Both the position numbers and the translations under genes were made by a program. The notes beneath the pieces are model-generated. The model was not told the DNA's origin. It searched no databases and saw only the letters and a list, made by a program, of their open reading frames with translations. From positions 672,001-736,000 of the forward strand of contig CAWGMQ010000008.1 in the NCBI GenBank assembly GCA_963823665.1: a stretch of DNA of 64,000 nt. Reading direction: 5' to 3'. Origin of the DNA: an uncultured Planctomycetota bacterium. GTDB lineage: Bacteria > Planctomycetota > Planctomycetia > Isosphaerales > Isosphaeraceae. Of the stretch, positions 52,703-61,365 are shown piece by piece; positions within the stretch are counted from its first letter, which is position 1; each line of letters opens with the position of its first letter.

Positions 52703-53665
52703 ATGCTGAGCCGCGTCGCGGAAAACCTGTTCTGGATGAGCCGTTATCTTGAGCGGGCTGAAAACGTCGCCCGCTTGCTCGATATCGGCCTCTACCTCGA
52801 GCTCGACGCCCCCACATCACCCGGCGAAGACGGCTCGGCCCCGGTCGAGATCGCCCTGGCAATCTTGTCGAGCGGCGGCGTGCCGCGCCCGGCCAGGCTC
52901 GCGGTCGGCCCGCACCGCAACGCGGTCCTCGGCTTCCTCACGTTCGACCGCTCCAATCCCAACTCCCTCGTGAGCACGATCGCGCGCGCCCGCGAAAACG
53001 CGCGCGGCACCCAGGAAAGCCTGGGCGTCGACGCCTGGAGCGAGATCAATCGCCTCTACCTCTACCTCTGCGGCCAGCGCGCCCAGCGCCGGTTTCATGC
53101 CAGTGCCTCCGCCCTCTACGCCACGGTCAAGCAGTCGTGCATCCTCTTTGACGGCATGGTTCAGAACACGCTGCCGCGCGATGAGGTCTATCATTTCATC
53201 CGCTTGGGCCGCCATCTCGAGCGGGTCTGTGTGATGGGCCAGATCCTCCACGCCAAGTGCCGCACGCGCCCGGAGGGCGGCGCAACCGTCGATCCGGCGA
53301 TCGAGCTGGTGCGCTGGACCGGCCTGCTCCGAAGCTGCTCGGCCTACGGCGCCTACCTCCGCGTCGAGCGCGACCGCGTCGATCCCGCCGGGGTGATCCG
53401 GTTCCTCGTCTTGAACGCCGACTTCCCCCGGGCGATCCGCTTCTGCGTGGCCCGCTGCCGCGAGTCGCTGCGCGAGATCGCCGGCGGCGACGACGAGGAA
53501 TACACCAGCGAAGCCGAGCGCTTGCTGGGAAGGCTCGACAGCGAGCTGCGCTACAGTGACGTCGCCGAGATCTTTGATCGCGGCCTGCTCCCTTTCCTGG
53601 AAGGCATTCGCGCCACGTCGATCCGCGTCGGCGACGAGATCCAGCGCACCTATTTCCTCACGTGA
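52703..53665 (+). CDS. Alpha-E domain protein
   Basis: MLSRVAENLFWMSRYLERAENVAR, ARENAR, LGRHLER, FPRAI. Confidence 0.95.
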   Translation: MLSRVAENLFWMSRYLERAENVARLLDIGLYLELDAPTSPGEDGSAPVEIALAILSSGGVPRPARLAVGPHRNAVLGFLTFDRSNPNSLVSTIARARENARGTQESLGVDAWSEINRLYLYLCGQRAQRRFHASASALYATVKQSCILFDGMVQNTLPRDEVYHFIRLGRHLERVCVMGQILHAKCRTRPEGGATVDPAIELVRWTGLLRSCSAYGAYLRVERDRVDPAGVIRFLVLNADFPRAIRFCVARCRESLREIAGGDDEEYTSEAERLLGRLDSELRYSDVAEIFDRGLLPFLEGIRATSIRVGDEIQRTYFLT

Positions 53666-53673
53666 GCCCGACC

Positions 53674-54693
53674 ATGCTGCTCCGCGTCCAGCACGAAACC
53701 AAGCTCAGCTACTCCGAGCCCGTCTCGGAAACCGTCTTCGACGTGCGCATGGCACCCCCCTCGGATGAAGACCAGACCAACCTGGGCTATCGTCTGCGGA
53801 TCGTCCCCTCCGCGCCGGTCACGATCTACCGCGACGGCTTCGGCAATCGGGTCGATCTCTTCAACATCATCACGCCCTACAGCGAGCTGATCATCCGCGC
53901 GACCTCAATCGTGCGCACCCATCGCGCTGCCGCACCCGAATCGCGGCTCGAGGAAACGGCGTGCGATTCACTCTTCGCCGAGCCGATGGCGATTGATGCC
54001 CTCGAGTATTTGCAGCCCAGCCCCCTGGTCAGTGCTTCCGCCGAGCTACAGCAGTTCATCGCCGCGCTCAAGAAACCCGAGGGCAGTTTAAAAGGAATTT
54101 GCGATCAATTGATGGGCACCGTGACTGCGGCTCTGGCGTATGAGAAGAAGGTGACGACCGCGCGGACGCCCGTTGGCGAAGCGCTCCGGCTGGGCAGGGG
54201 GGTCTGTCAAGATTTCGCCCATCTGTTCCTCGCCGCCTGTCGCGGGATCGGTCTGCCCGCGCGGTATGTGAGCGGTTACGTTCACGAGGAGGGCGAGGTG
54301 GCGACCCACGCCTGGTGTCAGGTGTGGACCGGCAAGTTCGGATGGCTCGACGTAGACCCGACGCGCGGCAAATTCGGCGGTGATGACTACATCAAGATCG
54401 CCCTCGGCCGCGACTACTCCGACGTGCCCCCCAACCGCGGAGTGTGGAAAGGCCTTGCCGAAGAAACCATTTCCGTGAGCGTGAAAGTCGATCCAATCGA
54501 CCGCGTCCCCCCCGACTGGAGCGACTGGTCGGCAATCCAGGCCCCCTGGTCCGCGTCATCCTGGGTCCAGTCCCAATCCCGCCTCGAACGCGCCCGCCAA
54601 AACGCCCAGACCGGCTACCGCCAGCAACAAGGCCAGCAGCAGCAGGGGGATTCCGGGACAGCGGATCTCGCGAACTCGACTGATCCAAACTGA
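53674..54693 (+). CDS. Transglutaminase family protein
   Basis: GVCQDFAH, PARYVSGY, THAW, DPT, GRDYSDVPP; Gln-rich tail. Confidence 0.95.
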   Translation: MLLRVQHETKLSYSEPVSETVFDVRMAPPSDEDQTNLGYRLRIVPSAPVTIYRDGFGNRVDLFNIITPYSELIIRATSIVRTHRAAAPESRLEETACDSLFAEPMAIDALEYLQPSPLVSASAELQQFIAALKKPEGSLKGICDQLMGTVTAALAYEKKVTTARTPVGEALRLGRGVCQDFAHLFLAACRGIGLPARYVSGYVHEEGEVATHAWCQVWTGKFGWLDVDPTRGKFGGDDYIKIALGRDYSDVPPNRGVWKGLAEETISVSVKVDPIDRVPPDWSDWSAIQAPWSASSWVQSQSRLERARQNAQTGYRQQQGQQQQGDSGTADLANSTDPN

Positions 54694-54871
54694 GAAATTT
54701 GTGGTCGCCGTGGAAGTCGAAATGGTCGTCCCGATCGATGACCCGAGTGAGCCGTGTTACGAATCGGAGACGGTTCAACTCCTACGCGAGGTCAAGGAGC
54801 ACGCCGAGCGCGGCGACATCGCGTGGCTGACGAAGAAGGGAAAGGTGTACGCGGCCGTGGAGGTTGCCTGA
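54650..54871 (+). pseudogene. Start-less duplicate of the 75-aa gene at 56985
   Basis: IPGQRISRTRLIQTEKFVVAVEVEMVVPIDDPSEPCYESETVQLL...AAVEVA*. Lacks the first two codons and overlaps the transglutaminase 3' end. Confidence 0.8.
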
Positions 54872-54990
54872 CGGACCGTACCATGTATCGGGCGGTTCAA
54901 GACCGACCACGGAGGCTAAGCCGATGGGCTTCCTGACAGTGCAGGGGATTTACAACCCGCAATGACGCAGTCACCGCATCTCGCGAACGC

Positions 54991-55624
54991 TCACTTCAAT
55001 TCCCGCACACGAATATTCCGAAACGCAACCGGCCCATGATCGCCCTGCAATAGCAGCGGCCCGCGCGGAACCTCCTTGAGCTTCCACGCATTGCCAGTGG
55101 GCGTCTTGACTTCGACCCCGTCGTGAATCACCTGCCCGTTCAAGACGACCTTGTCGAACCGTGCGTTCTTGATCTTCTTCCCCTCACCATCGAATCGCGG
55201 TGCCCGGAAGACAATCTCGAGAATCTGCCATTCGCCGGCTTGCTTCGCTGCGTTCGTACGAGGAGGGATGCCCTCGTCGATGTGATGATACCGCGGCAGC
55301 ATCTCCGCCCGCGGATAGATCCCTCCCGCGTGTGTTGCCTTGGGCTGAGCGACCCCGAAGCTGTCATGAATCTGGATCTCGTGGAATCCCTCGAGCTTCA
55401 CTCCGGAGTTGGATCCATTGAGTATCTTGAACTCGAAATGGGCCTCGAGATCGCCAAAACTCTGTTTGGTCACGAGGTTCCTCGACCTGCCGGCAGGTCC
55501 ATTCACGATCACCGTGTCGCCATCGCCTACCTGAGGCAGGAGCCGCTCCGGGTTCTTGGGATCGGGCTCGGCATCGCAGGCCCTCTTCCAGTCGCCGGCG
55601 GGCCTGCGCCAGTGTTCGCACCCG
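54991..55624 (-). pseudogene. 5'-truncated duplicate of the DUF1080 gene at 59673
   Basis: Aligns from GCEHWRRPAG to the stop; signal peptide missing; an unrelated fragment lies upstream. Confidence 0.8.
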
Positions 55625-55801
55625 TCTTGCGCGCGCGAAAAACAGTTTTCGGCCCGGCAGGACGCCAATCGGCTGCACGTCGTACGCCGCGATGATGACT
55701 GGGAGGAACACCTCGAAGTCGGCGTCATTGAGTATTCCTGGTAGACTATATTCTCGGGGAGTCCCGATACGACGCGCATCTGACGACGGCGAGGGGCGAG
55801 C

Positions 55802-56056
55802 ATGACGGTAAAAGAACGAGCGGATTTGGGGCAGCAAGCCATGCGGGCCTTCGACCGGGATCTCCCTCGGCTCTGGATTGAGCGGCCGGGAAAGTGGGTC
55901 GCTTACCAGGGCGAGCAATTGCTGGGCTTTGGCGCGCATAAACACGAGCTTTATCACGAGTGCTTCGCCCAGGGACTGTCACGCGAGGAATTTGTTATCT
56001 TCTGCATCGAGCCGCTCGAGACCGAGATCATGCTTGGGGTCGACTCCGACGAATAA
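55802..56056 (+). CDS. DUF5678-like small protein
   Basis: AFDRDLPRL...PGKWVAYQGEQLLGFG...LY.EC...GL; sits upstream of a retropepsin-like gene. Confidence 0.7.
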   Translation: MTVKERADLGQQAMRAFDRDLPRLWIERPGKWVAYQGEQLLGFGAHKHELYHECFAQGLSREEFVIFCIEPLETEIMLGVDSDE

Positions 56057-56083
56057 GAAGACGCTTGGCTCGGAGTCAACAAA

Positions 56084-56603
56084 GTGCCGCTATTCGTCGA
56101 CCGATTGCCGTTCCATTGCTGGACCAACCACACCCGAACGCCGCCGTTATCCCACTATACGATCGTCCTCCCAGTCGTTCTGACTGAGCCGACGTTACTG
56201 GCAGCCGCCGTCACCTACCACGGCAACCGATTGGGCGCTCGACACGGGCAATCGCGGCGAGGCCTTGGCGTGGCGCCATCACTTGGTGCACGCCGGTCTT
56301 GATCCTGACGAAGGGCGGTTACCCCTGCCAATGATCATCCGCACCGTGGCGGGACAGGTGGCGGTTCCGGTCCGCGACGCCGACCTCTGGCTGGTGAGCA
56401 ACTTGCCGGCGTTGCGGGGAACTCCGCACCGGATGGTCCTCCATCGCGGATTGCCGTTCCGCGACACCTCGTCCAGGGCGGAGCCGGAATTCCAACGTCC
56501 CCTCATTCGTATCCGCGCTCTTCGTTCGGCTGGAATGAAGATCGAGATCGACTTCGCAAGAGACACCGTCTCGGTGTGGACACCGGACGTTCCTCGCAAC
56601 TAA
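56084..56603 (+). CDS. Retropepsin-like (aspartyl protease fold) protein, frameshifted near 56205
   Basis: WALDTGNRGEA in the second frame; C-terminal PLIRIRALRSAGMKIEIDF. Confidence 0.6.
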
Positions 56604-56984
56604 TTGCGACGCAACTTCCGCCGGAGCTGATCGTTTTTGCGGACCGCCGCCTCGCGTAACATGTGCGTTCTCCCGACCGATCTATTCGGGAGCTGGTAAA
56701 CCATCCGGTGCTGCCCGCGCTGTTCGTCGGACGTCGTAAAACGACACCGCATCAGCCGCGATTGATTCGATATGCGCTGCGCCCGTCTTGCCGTGTCCGT
56801 GATCGAGGCCGGACAAATGGAATGTGAGCGCTGTATCTCAGGTAAGAAAGACACAGAGAAAAGCCAGAATGCACAAATACGCGACGAGTGCCAATCCAAT
56901 CGCCTCTAAATCCATCAACGCGGCGTTCCGACAGAGCGATTCGATTGACTGTTGTTGGTACAATTTCGTCGATAGAGGATAATC

Positions 56985-57212
56985 ATGCGCATCCCCGGAC
57001 AACGGATCACACGGACTCGACTGATCCAGCCTGAGAAATTTGTGGTTGCCGTGGAAGTCGAAATGGTCGTCCCGATCGATGACCCGAGTGAGCCATGCTA
57101 CGAATCGGAGACGGTTCAACCCCTACGTGAGGTCAAGGAGCGCGCCGAGCGCGGCGACATCGCGTGGTTGACGAAGAAAGGGAAGGTGTACGCAGCCGTC
57201 GAGGTTGCCTGA
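56985..57212 (+). CDS. Small hypothetical protein (75 aa)
   Basis: AGAGGA RBS; protein-level conservation with the second copy at 54650. Confidence 0.8.
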   Translation: MRIPGQRITRTRLIQPEKFVVAVEVEMVVPIDDPSEPCYESETVQPLREVKERAERGDIAWLTKKGKVYAAVEVA

Positions 57213-57708
57213 CCCACCGCCGGCTGAGCGAAGGAAACGCTTTCGGCACGCTGACTTACCTGCCCGAGCAGGAAGCTCGTGCACCATCACATTTTTATCT
57301 CGAATCAACAGCGCTGGAGAGTCATCGACCGCCCGGATCTCTGTCGCTGGCGTTCAGTTGGCTTAGAGTGTCACTAAGGTTCGATCATCGGGCGGGGTGA
57401 GAACGGTAATCAAATCTCGGCCTCCGTGATCAGTCAGCCGCCCAACATGCGGCGAGCGGCTCTTCTGCGAAGACGACATTGCGCGATGGCTTGGAACGCG
57501 AGGCGCTCCGCCGAGGCGCAATTGCGCGGATTGCGGTTCGAGTTGGTGCGCGGACCCATCCCGTGTAAGATGAGAGCGGGTGTACGAGCTGCAATGCCGA
57601 GCCATGCCGAGGCAGTGGTGGCGAGCGGTCTGACTGCGGACGGATTCCGGATTGCGAGTAATCCCGGCGACTACGCATGAGAGCGCGACCAGAACGGAGC
57701 GATGAATC

Positions 57709-58156
57709 ATGGCCGAGCTAAAGAGCCAGCAGACAACCTCCCCCATTGCGGAGACCATCGACCCCTGCGGCGTTGCGGGAAGTTTGGGCGCAGTCGTGGA
57801 ACCCGCCACACGCGATTCAACAGACTCGGACAACGACCGCCCGGCGCGTGGAATCTCTGTAATTCCGATCCCTCGACGTGAAATCGCTCGGCTTCAGGGT
57901 ACCGTCCGGTTGAGCGAGCTCCCGCGCCGCAAGCCCACCATAGTCTTCGACTCGTCCCGACAGACTGGGGACGCCCAGGATCGTAGACTTCCATGAAGTC
58001 TTCACGCTTCCAAGGCCGGTCTTGGAGTCGCTGCTGAAAGCGCGGCGAGTTTCACGTCCGCAATTGCTTCCGCCCTACCGCGAACATCTCTCCCAGGCGT
58101 TCGCACGGTTCTTCATGCGCGTCGGTCTTCCCAGCCCAGTCGCGAGATTTTGGTAG
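57709..58156 (+). pseudogene. Two-gene remnant joined by a deletion
   Basis: ORF 57709-57996 runs into a start-less frame, RIVDFHEVFTLPR...LLPPYREHLSQAFARFFMRVGLP*, which I recall as the C-terminus of an uncharacterised family. Confidence 0.55.
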
Positions 58157-58389
58157 TGGTTCGGACGGAAACCCGGGCGGAACGCGTGGAAACCCGGCAA
58201 CACTTCGTTTGTCTCGTGCACCGAAGCCCCGCTCGATCTCTGGGGTCAACGGCACCGCCGCGGGACGGATGGCGGTTCCGGTCCGCGACGCCGACCTATG
58301 GCTGGTGAGCAACTTGCAGGCGTTGCGGGCAACTCCTTAATGGAGCAACGGGAAGTCGAATCCAGGCGGACACCCTCGGGCGCCGAGAC

Positions 58390-58470
58390 GAACTTCTGCC
58401 ACCGACGGTTTCCCCTCTGAGTAATATGTTCCGGCAAGCCGGGAGCAGCGACACGCCCTAATCGAGCCAT
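58390..58470 (-). pseudogene. N-terminal remnant of a REP-associated tyrosine transposase (RAYT, Y1/HUH family)
   Basis: MARLGRVAAPGLPEHITQRGNRR matches the RAYT N-terminal H-[IV]-TQRGN motif; similarity ends after about 27 codons. Confidence 0.75.
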
Positions 58471-58517
58471 TGCCGAAAAATGTCAAGCACACAGCCGGCG
58501 TTCAACAGTTTTATATG

Positions 58518-59599
58518 GTGTCCCCGGAACTCCTGAATTCCGGCCACCCAGCCCAAGGAGACCCTCAGCACAGGACGTCCCTTCACTTGAGCTTCGGATC
58601 CGTCTTGAGCTCGGCGGCTAGACTCCACTCGACCTCTGCTGGGACCGTATGATCGTCCATTTTCAAAAGCATCGAGAACTTCTGAGTGATCGCCGAAGAG
58701 GTCATGACGCCGGCGGTGGTATCGAAGCGCCACCCCCCGGTTTGCTCCTGAGATCTTATGTTGACCTCGGTGATGAGCGAGGAACTCGTCGGTTCGATCC
58801 TCGCCCTTCCGCGTACGTCGACGCTTTGGACCGCCTCCGTCGCGCTGGTAACTGTGTGATTACTTTCCAGCACCATGATCCCCATCCCGACGGGCACGTT
58901 ACGGCGGACAAGCCAAGAGGTGCCTTTCCGAACGGGACCCTCGGGCAAGACCACTACCGCTCGTGAGAACATACCCTTGAGGCTTTTTTCATCACCCAGT
59001 ACCCTTCCTGGCGGATCTAGTTGCTTGTAGACGTCCACGAGCTTCGGTGGAACTTTGACATCACGAAACTCGCCGCGCGTCGTCATCGTAGCAGTAAACT
59101 CGCTTCCAACAATGGACCGGAAGAGTCTCGAATACAGTACTGGTGTTTCAAACGCGTCATGTTCATTTGCGGTATCCACCTGGAAATCCTTTCCCGGCGG
59201 TGATGAAGCAATCTGAAACTTGATTCGGTTTATCGTTTGCTTGACCTCGGCCGTTCCAACCTTGTCCACGCTCGTCACGTGCCAAGTTGCGAACGTCGTC
59301 AGTGTGAAGTTGTTGTGTACCTTATTTCCCTGGATGGTTGTTTCGAGGTTTTGCGTTTCGGTCAGGACGAACTCTCGCGATTCACCTTTCTGAAACTTCC
59401 ACCTCAAAGTGTTTTCCTGTGCAGCCGACAGCGCAACCGCGCCGAGTAGCACAGGCACGAAACACGGCAAGCGACTCAGTGTTCCTTCGCTTCTCATTGC
59501 GGAAACTTCCCATGAACGAGTGCCGACCCATCGCGCCGCATGGAGTGCCACCATCCCCGATTCTATCAGAGACATTTATGAGTTTTGTTCCGGGGACAC
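58518..59599. repeat. Perfect 13-bp inverted repeats bracketing the DUF6263-like gene
   Basis: GTGTCCCCGGAAC at 58518-58530 and GTTCCGGGGACAC at 59587-59599. Confidence 0.75.
58583..59497 (-). CDS. Secreted DUF6263-like protein
   Basis: Signal peptide, LRWKFQKGE, LPEGPVRKGTSW, FDTTAG. Confidence 0.75.
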   Translation of the reverse strand: MRSEGTLSRLPCFVPVLLGAVALSAAQENTLRWKFQKGESREFVLTETQNLETTIQGNKVHNNFTLTTFATWHVTSVDKVGTAEVKQTINRIKFQIASSPPGKDFQVDTANEHDAFETPVLYSRLFRSIVGSEFTATMTTRGEFRDVKVPPKLVDVYKQLDPPGRVLGDEKSLKGMFSRAVVVLPEGPVRKGTSWLVRRNVPVGMGIMVLESNHTVTSATEAVQSVDVRGRARIEPTSSSLITEVNIRSQEQTGGWRFDTTAGVMTSSAITQKFSMLLKMDDHTVPAEVEWSLAAELKTDPKLK

Positions 59600-59672
59600 T
59601 CTGCATACTTGCCGTCAATCGCATCGGAAAAGGTGTCGGACATGTTTCCCTTCGGTAACGCCAGCGTGCGCG

Positions 59673-60425
59673 TCACTCCAATTCTCGCACCCGGATACTC
59701 CGAAACGCCACCGGCCCATGATCCCCCTGGAGCAACAACGGCCCGCGCGGAACCTCCTTAAGCTTCCAGGCGTTGCCCGTCGGCGTCTTCACCTCAACTC
59801 CCTCGTGAACCACCTGCCCGTTCAAGACAACCTTGTCGAACCTCGCGTTCTTGATCTTCTTCCCCTCGGCATCGAATCGCGGCGCCCGGAAGACAATCTC
59901 AAGCGTCTGCCATTCGCCGGCTTTCTTGGCTGCGTTCAAACGAGGAGGGATGCCCTCGTCGATGTGATGATACCGCGGCAACATCTCCGCACGCGGATAG
60001 ATCCCTCCCGCGTGCGTGGCGTTCGGCTTTTCAACCCCGAAGCTATCGTAAATCTGGATCTCGTAGAATCCCTCGAGCTTCACCCCGGAGTTGGAGCCCT
60101 TCGGGATCTTGAACTCGAAATAGGCCTCGAGATCCCCAAAACTCTGCTTCGTCACGAGGTTCTTGGACCTGCCGGCAGGACCATTCACGATCACCGTGTC
60201 GCCGTTACCGTCCGCAGGCAGCAGCCGCGCCGGGTTCTTGGGATCAGGCTGTGCATCGGCGGTCCTCTTCCAGTCGCCTGTCGGGTTGCGCCAGTGTTCG
60301 AAGCCCGCTTTGCCGATCAAGTCGATCCAGCCGTCTTCGCCGGGCCCGGACGCAGCCAGGCAGTGCAGCACCACGCCCAAACTTGCCAGGGCGCCAAGCA
60401 AAATCCGTTGTGCGATTGTTTTCAT
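59673..60425 (-). CDS. DUF1080 (3-keto-disaccharide hydrolase-like) protein
   Basis: Signal peptide, NSGV, YEIQIYDS, GGIY, GEWQ, LQGDHGPVAFRSI. Confidence 0.92.
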   Translation of the reverse strand: MKTIAQRILLGALASLGVVLHCLAASGPGEDGWIDLIGKAGFEHWRNPTGDWKRTADAQPDPKNPARLLPADGNGDTVIVNGPAGRSKNLVTKQSFGDLEAYFEFKIPKGSNSGVKLEGFYEIQIYDSFGVEKPNATHAGGIYPRAEMLPRYHHIDEGIPPRLNAAKKAGEWQTLEIVFRAPRFDAEGKKIKNARFDKVVLNGQVVHEGVEVKTPTGNAWKLKEVPRGPLLLQGDHGPVAFRSIRVRELE

Positions 60426-60801
60426 GATGATTCAAGCCGTTGCCGAGCAACAAGTATAAGCGGTGAATCCCACGCAGGCCTCCGAAGTCGCCGTTCATCC
60501 TACGACAGCATCCCGCCCCGAGCAAATCCCTTCCAAGCTCGTAGCCCGAATTGGAACGACGACATTCGAACCCTCTTCTTCGTTGGCTTCGTTCCCTTCT
60601 GTTCAATCCCTTTCAAGTTCACCGTCGCATGAATTCCAAGACCCAACCGATGCCCGACCTCCTCCACTTGTTGTTGCGGCGCGGGAGTATCGCACGAAGC
60701 CCAACTACGCTGGGCAACCGTCAGCCTCGGCTCTCCAGCCAGCCAGCTCACATCTCGATATACTTGAGAACGATCGCATCGTCGCCCCACGGAGCCACCC
60801 A

Positions 60802-61365
60802 GTGAAGCGGCCCCACATCTCGCTCGCAATGCTGATGGCGCTCATCGTCCTCGCCGCGTTCAACTTCGCCCTCGCACGTTGCCTCCTCGACGTTGACGGC
60901 TACATCCTGGCCGCAATCGTTCCCGGCGCATTGACGATCCAGCTCGCTACGGTCCAACTCATTCGCACACGGCACGCGTTCCGCGCCTTCTGGGCTGGAT
61001 TCATCGCGGGGCTGATCCTGACAGCAGGGCTCTGCGTCTGGGGCATGTTCCATGATCGACATACGACGTCACGCTTCGATCCTGCCCTCGGCAAGAGGGT
61101 CGTCATTCGGAGCCCGGGCCCTCCGATGTGGCCCGGATGGCCGAGCTATCGTCGTCATGCTTACCAGATCATCGTGAGTTCTGACTGGGGTCGTGCCCTG
61201 ATGGACCGATACGACCTGACGTCATTATCGATGTATGCCGTCGTGATGTTCCTGCCGCAGTTCCTCGTCGCCCTCGTCACCGGGTTGCTGGCACTGTTGA
61301 TCGCCTCCGTGCCGCGCATCCTCCGATTCCCTCCCGGCCCGTCTCGCAGATCTATTCCGATGTGA
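60802..61365 (+). CDS. Planctomycete membrane protein
   Basis: GTG start, RPHISLAMLMALIVLAAFNF...RAFWAGF; about 4 TM. Confidence 0.65.
   Translation: MKRPHISLAMLMALIVLAAFNFALARCLLDVDGYILAAIVPGALTIQLATVQLIRTRHAFRAFWAGFIAGLILTAGLCVWGMFHDRHTTSRFDPALGKRVVIRSPGPPMWPGWPSYRRHAYQIIVSSDWGRALMDRYDLTSLSMYAVVMFLPQFLVALVTGLLALLIASVPRILRFPPGPSRRSIPM

Noticed and set aside
54650..60425. DGR template/variable repeats or an integron cassette array
   Set aside because: Differences between duplicates are mostly synonymous and not adenine-restricted. No integrase and no convincing attC sites were found.
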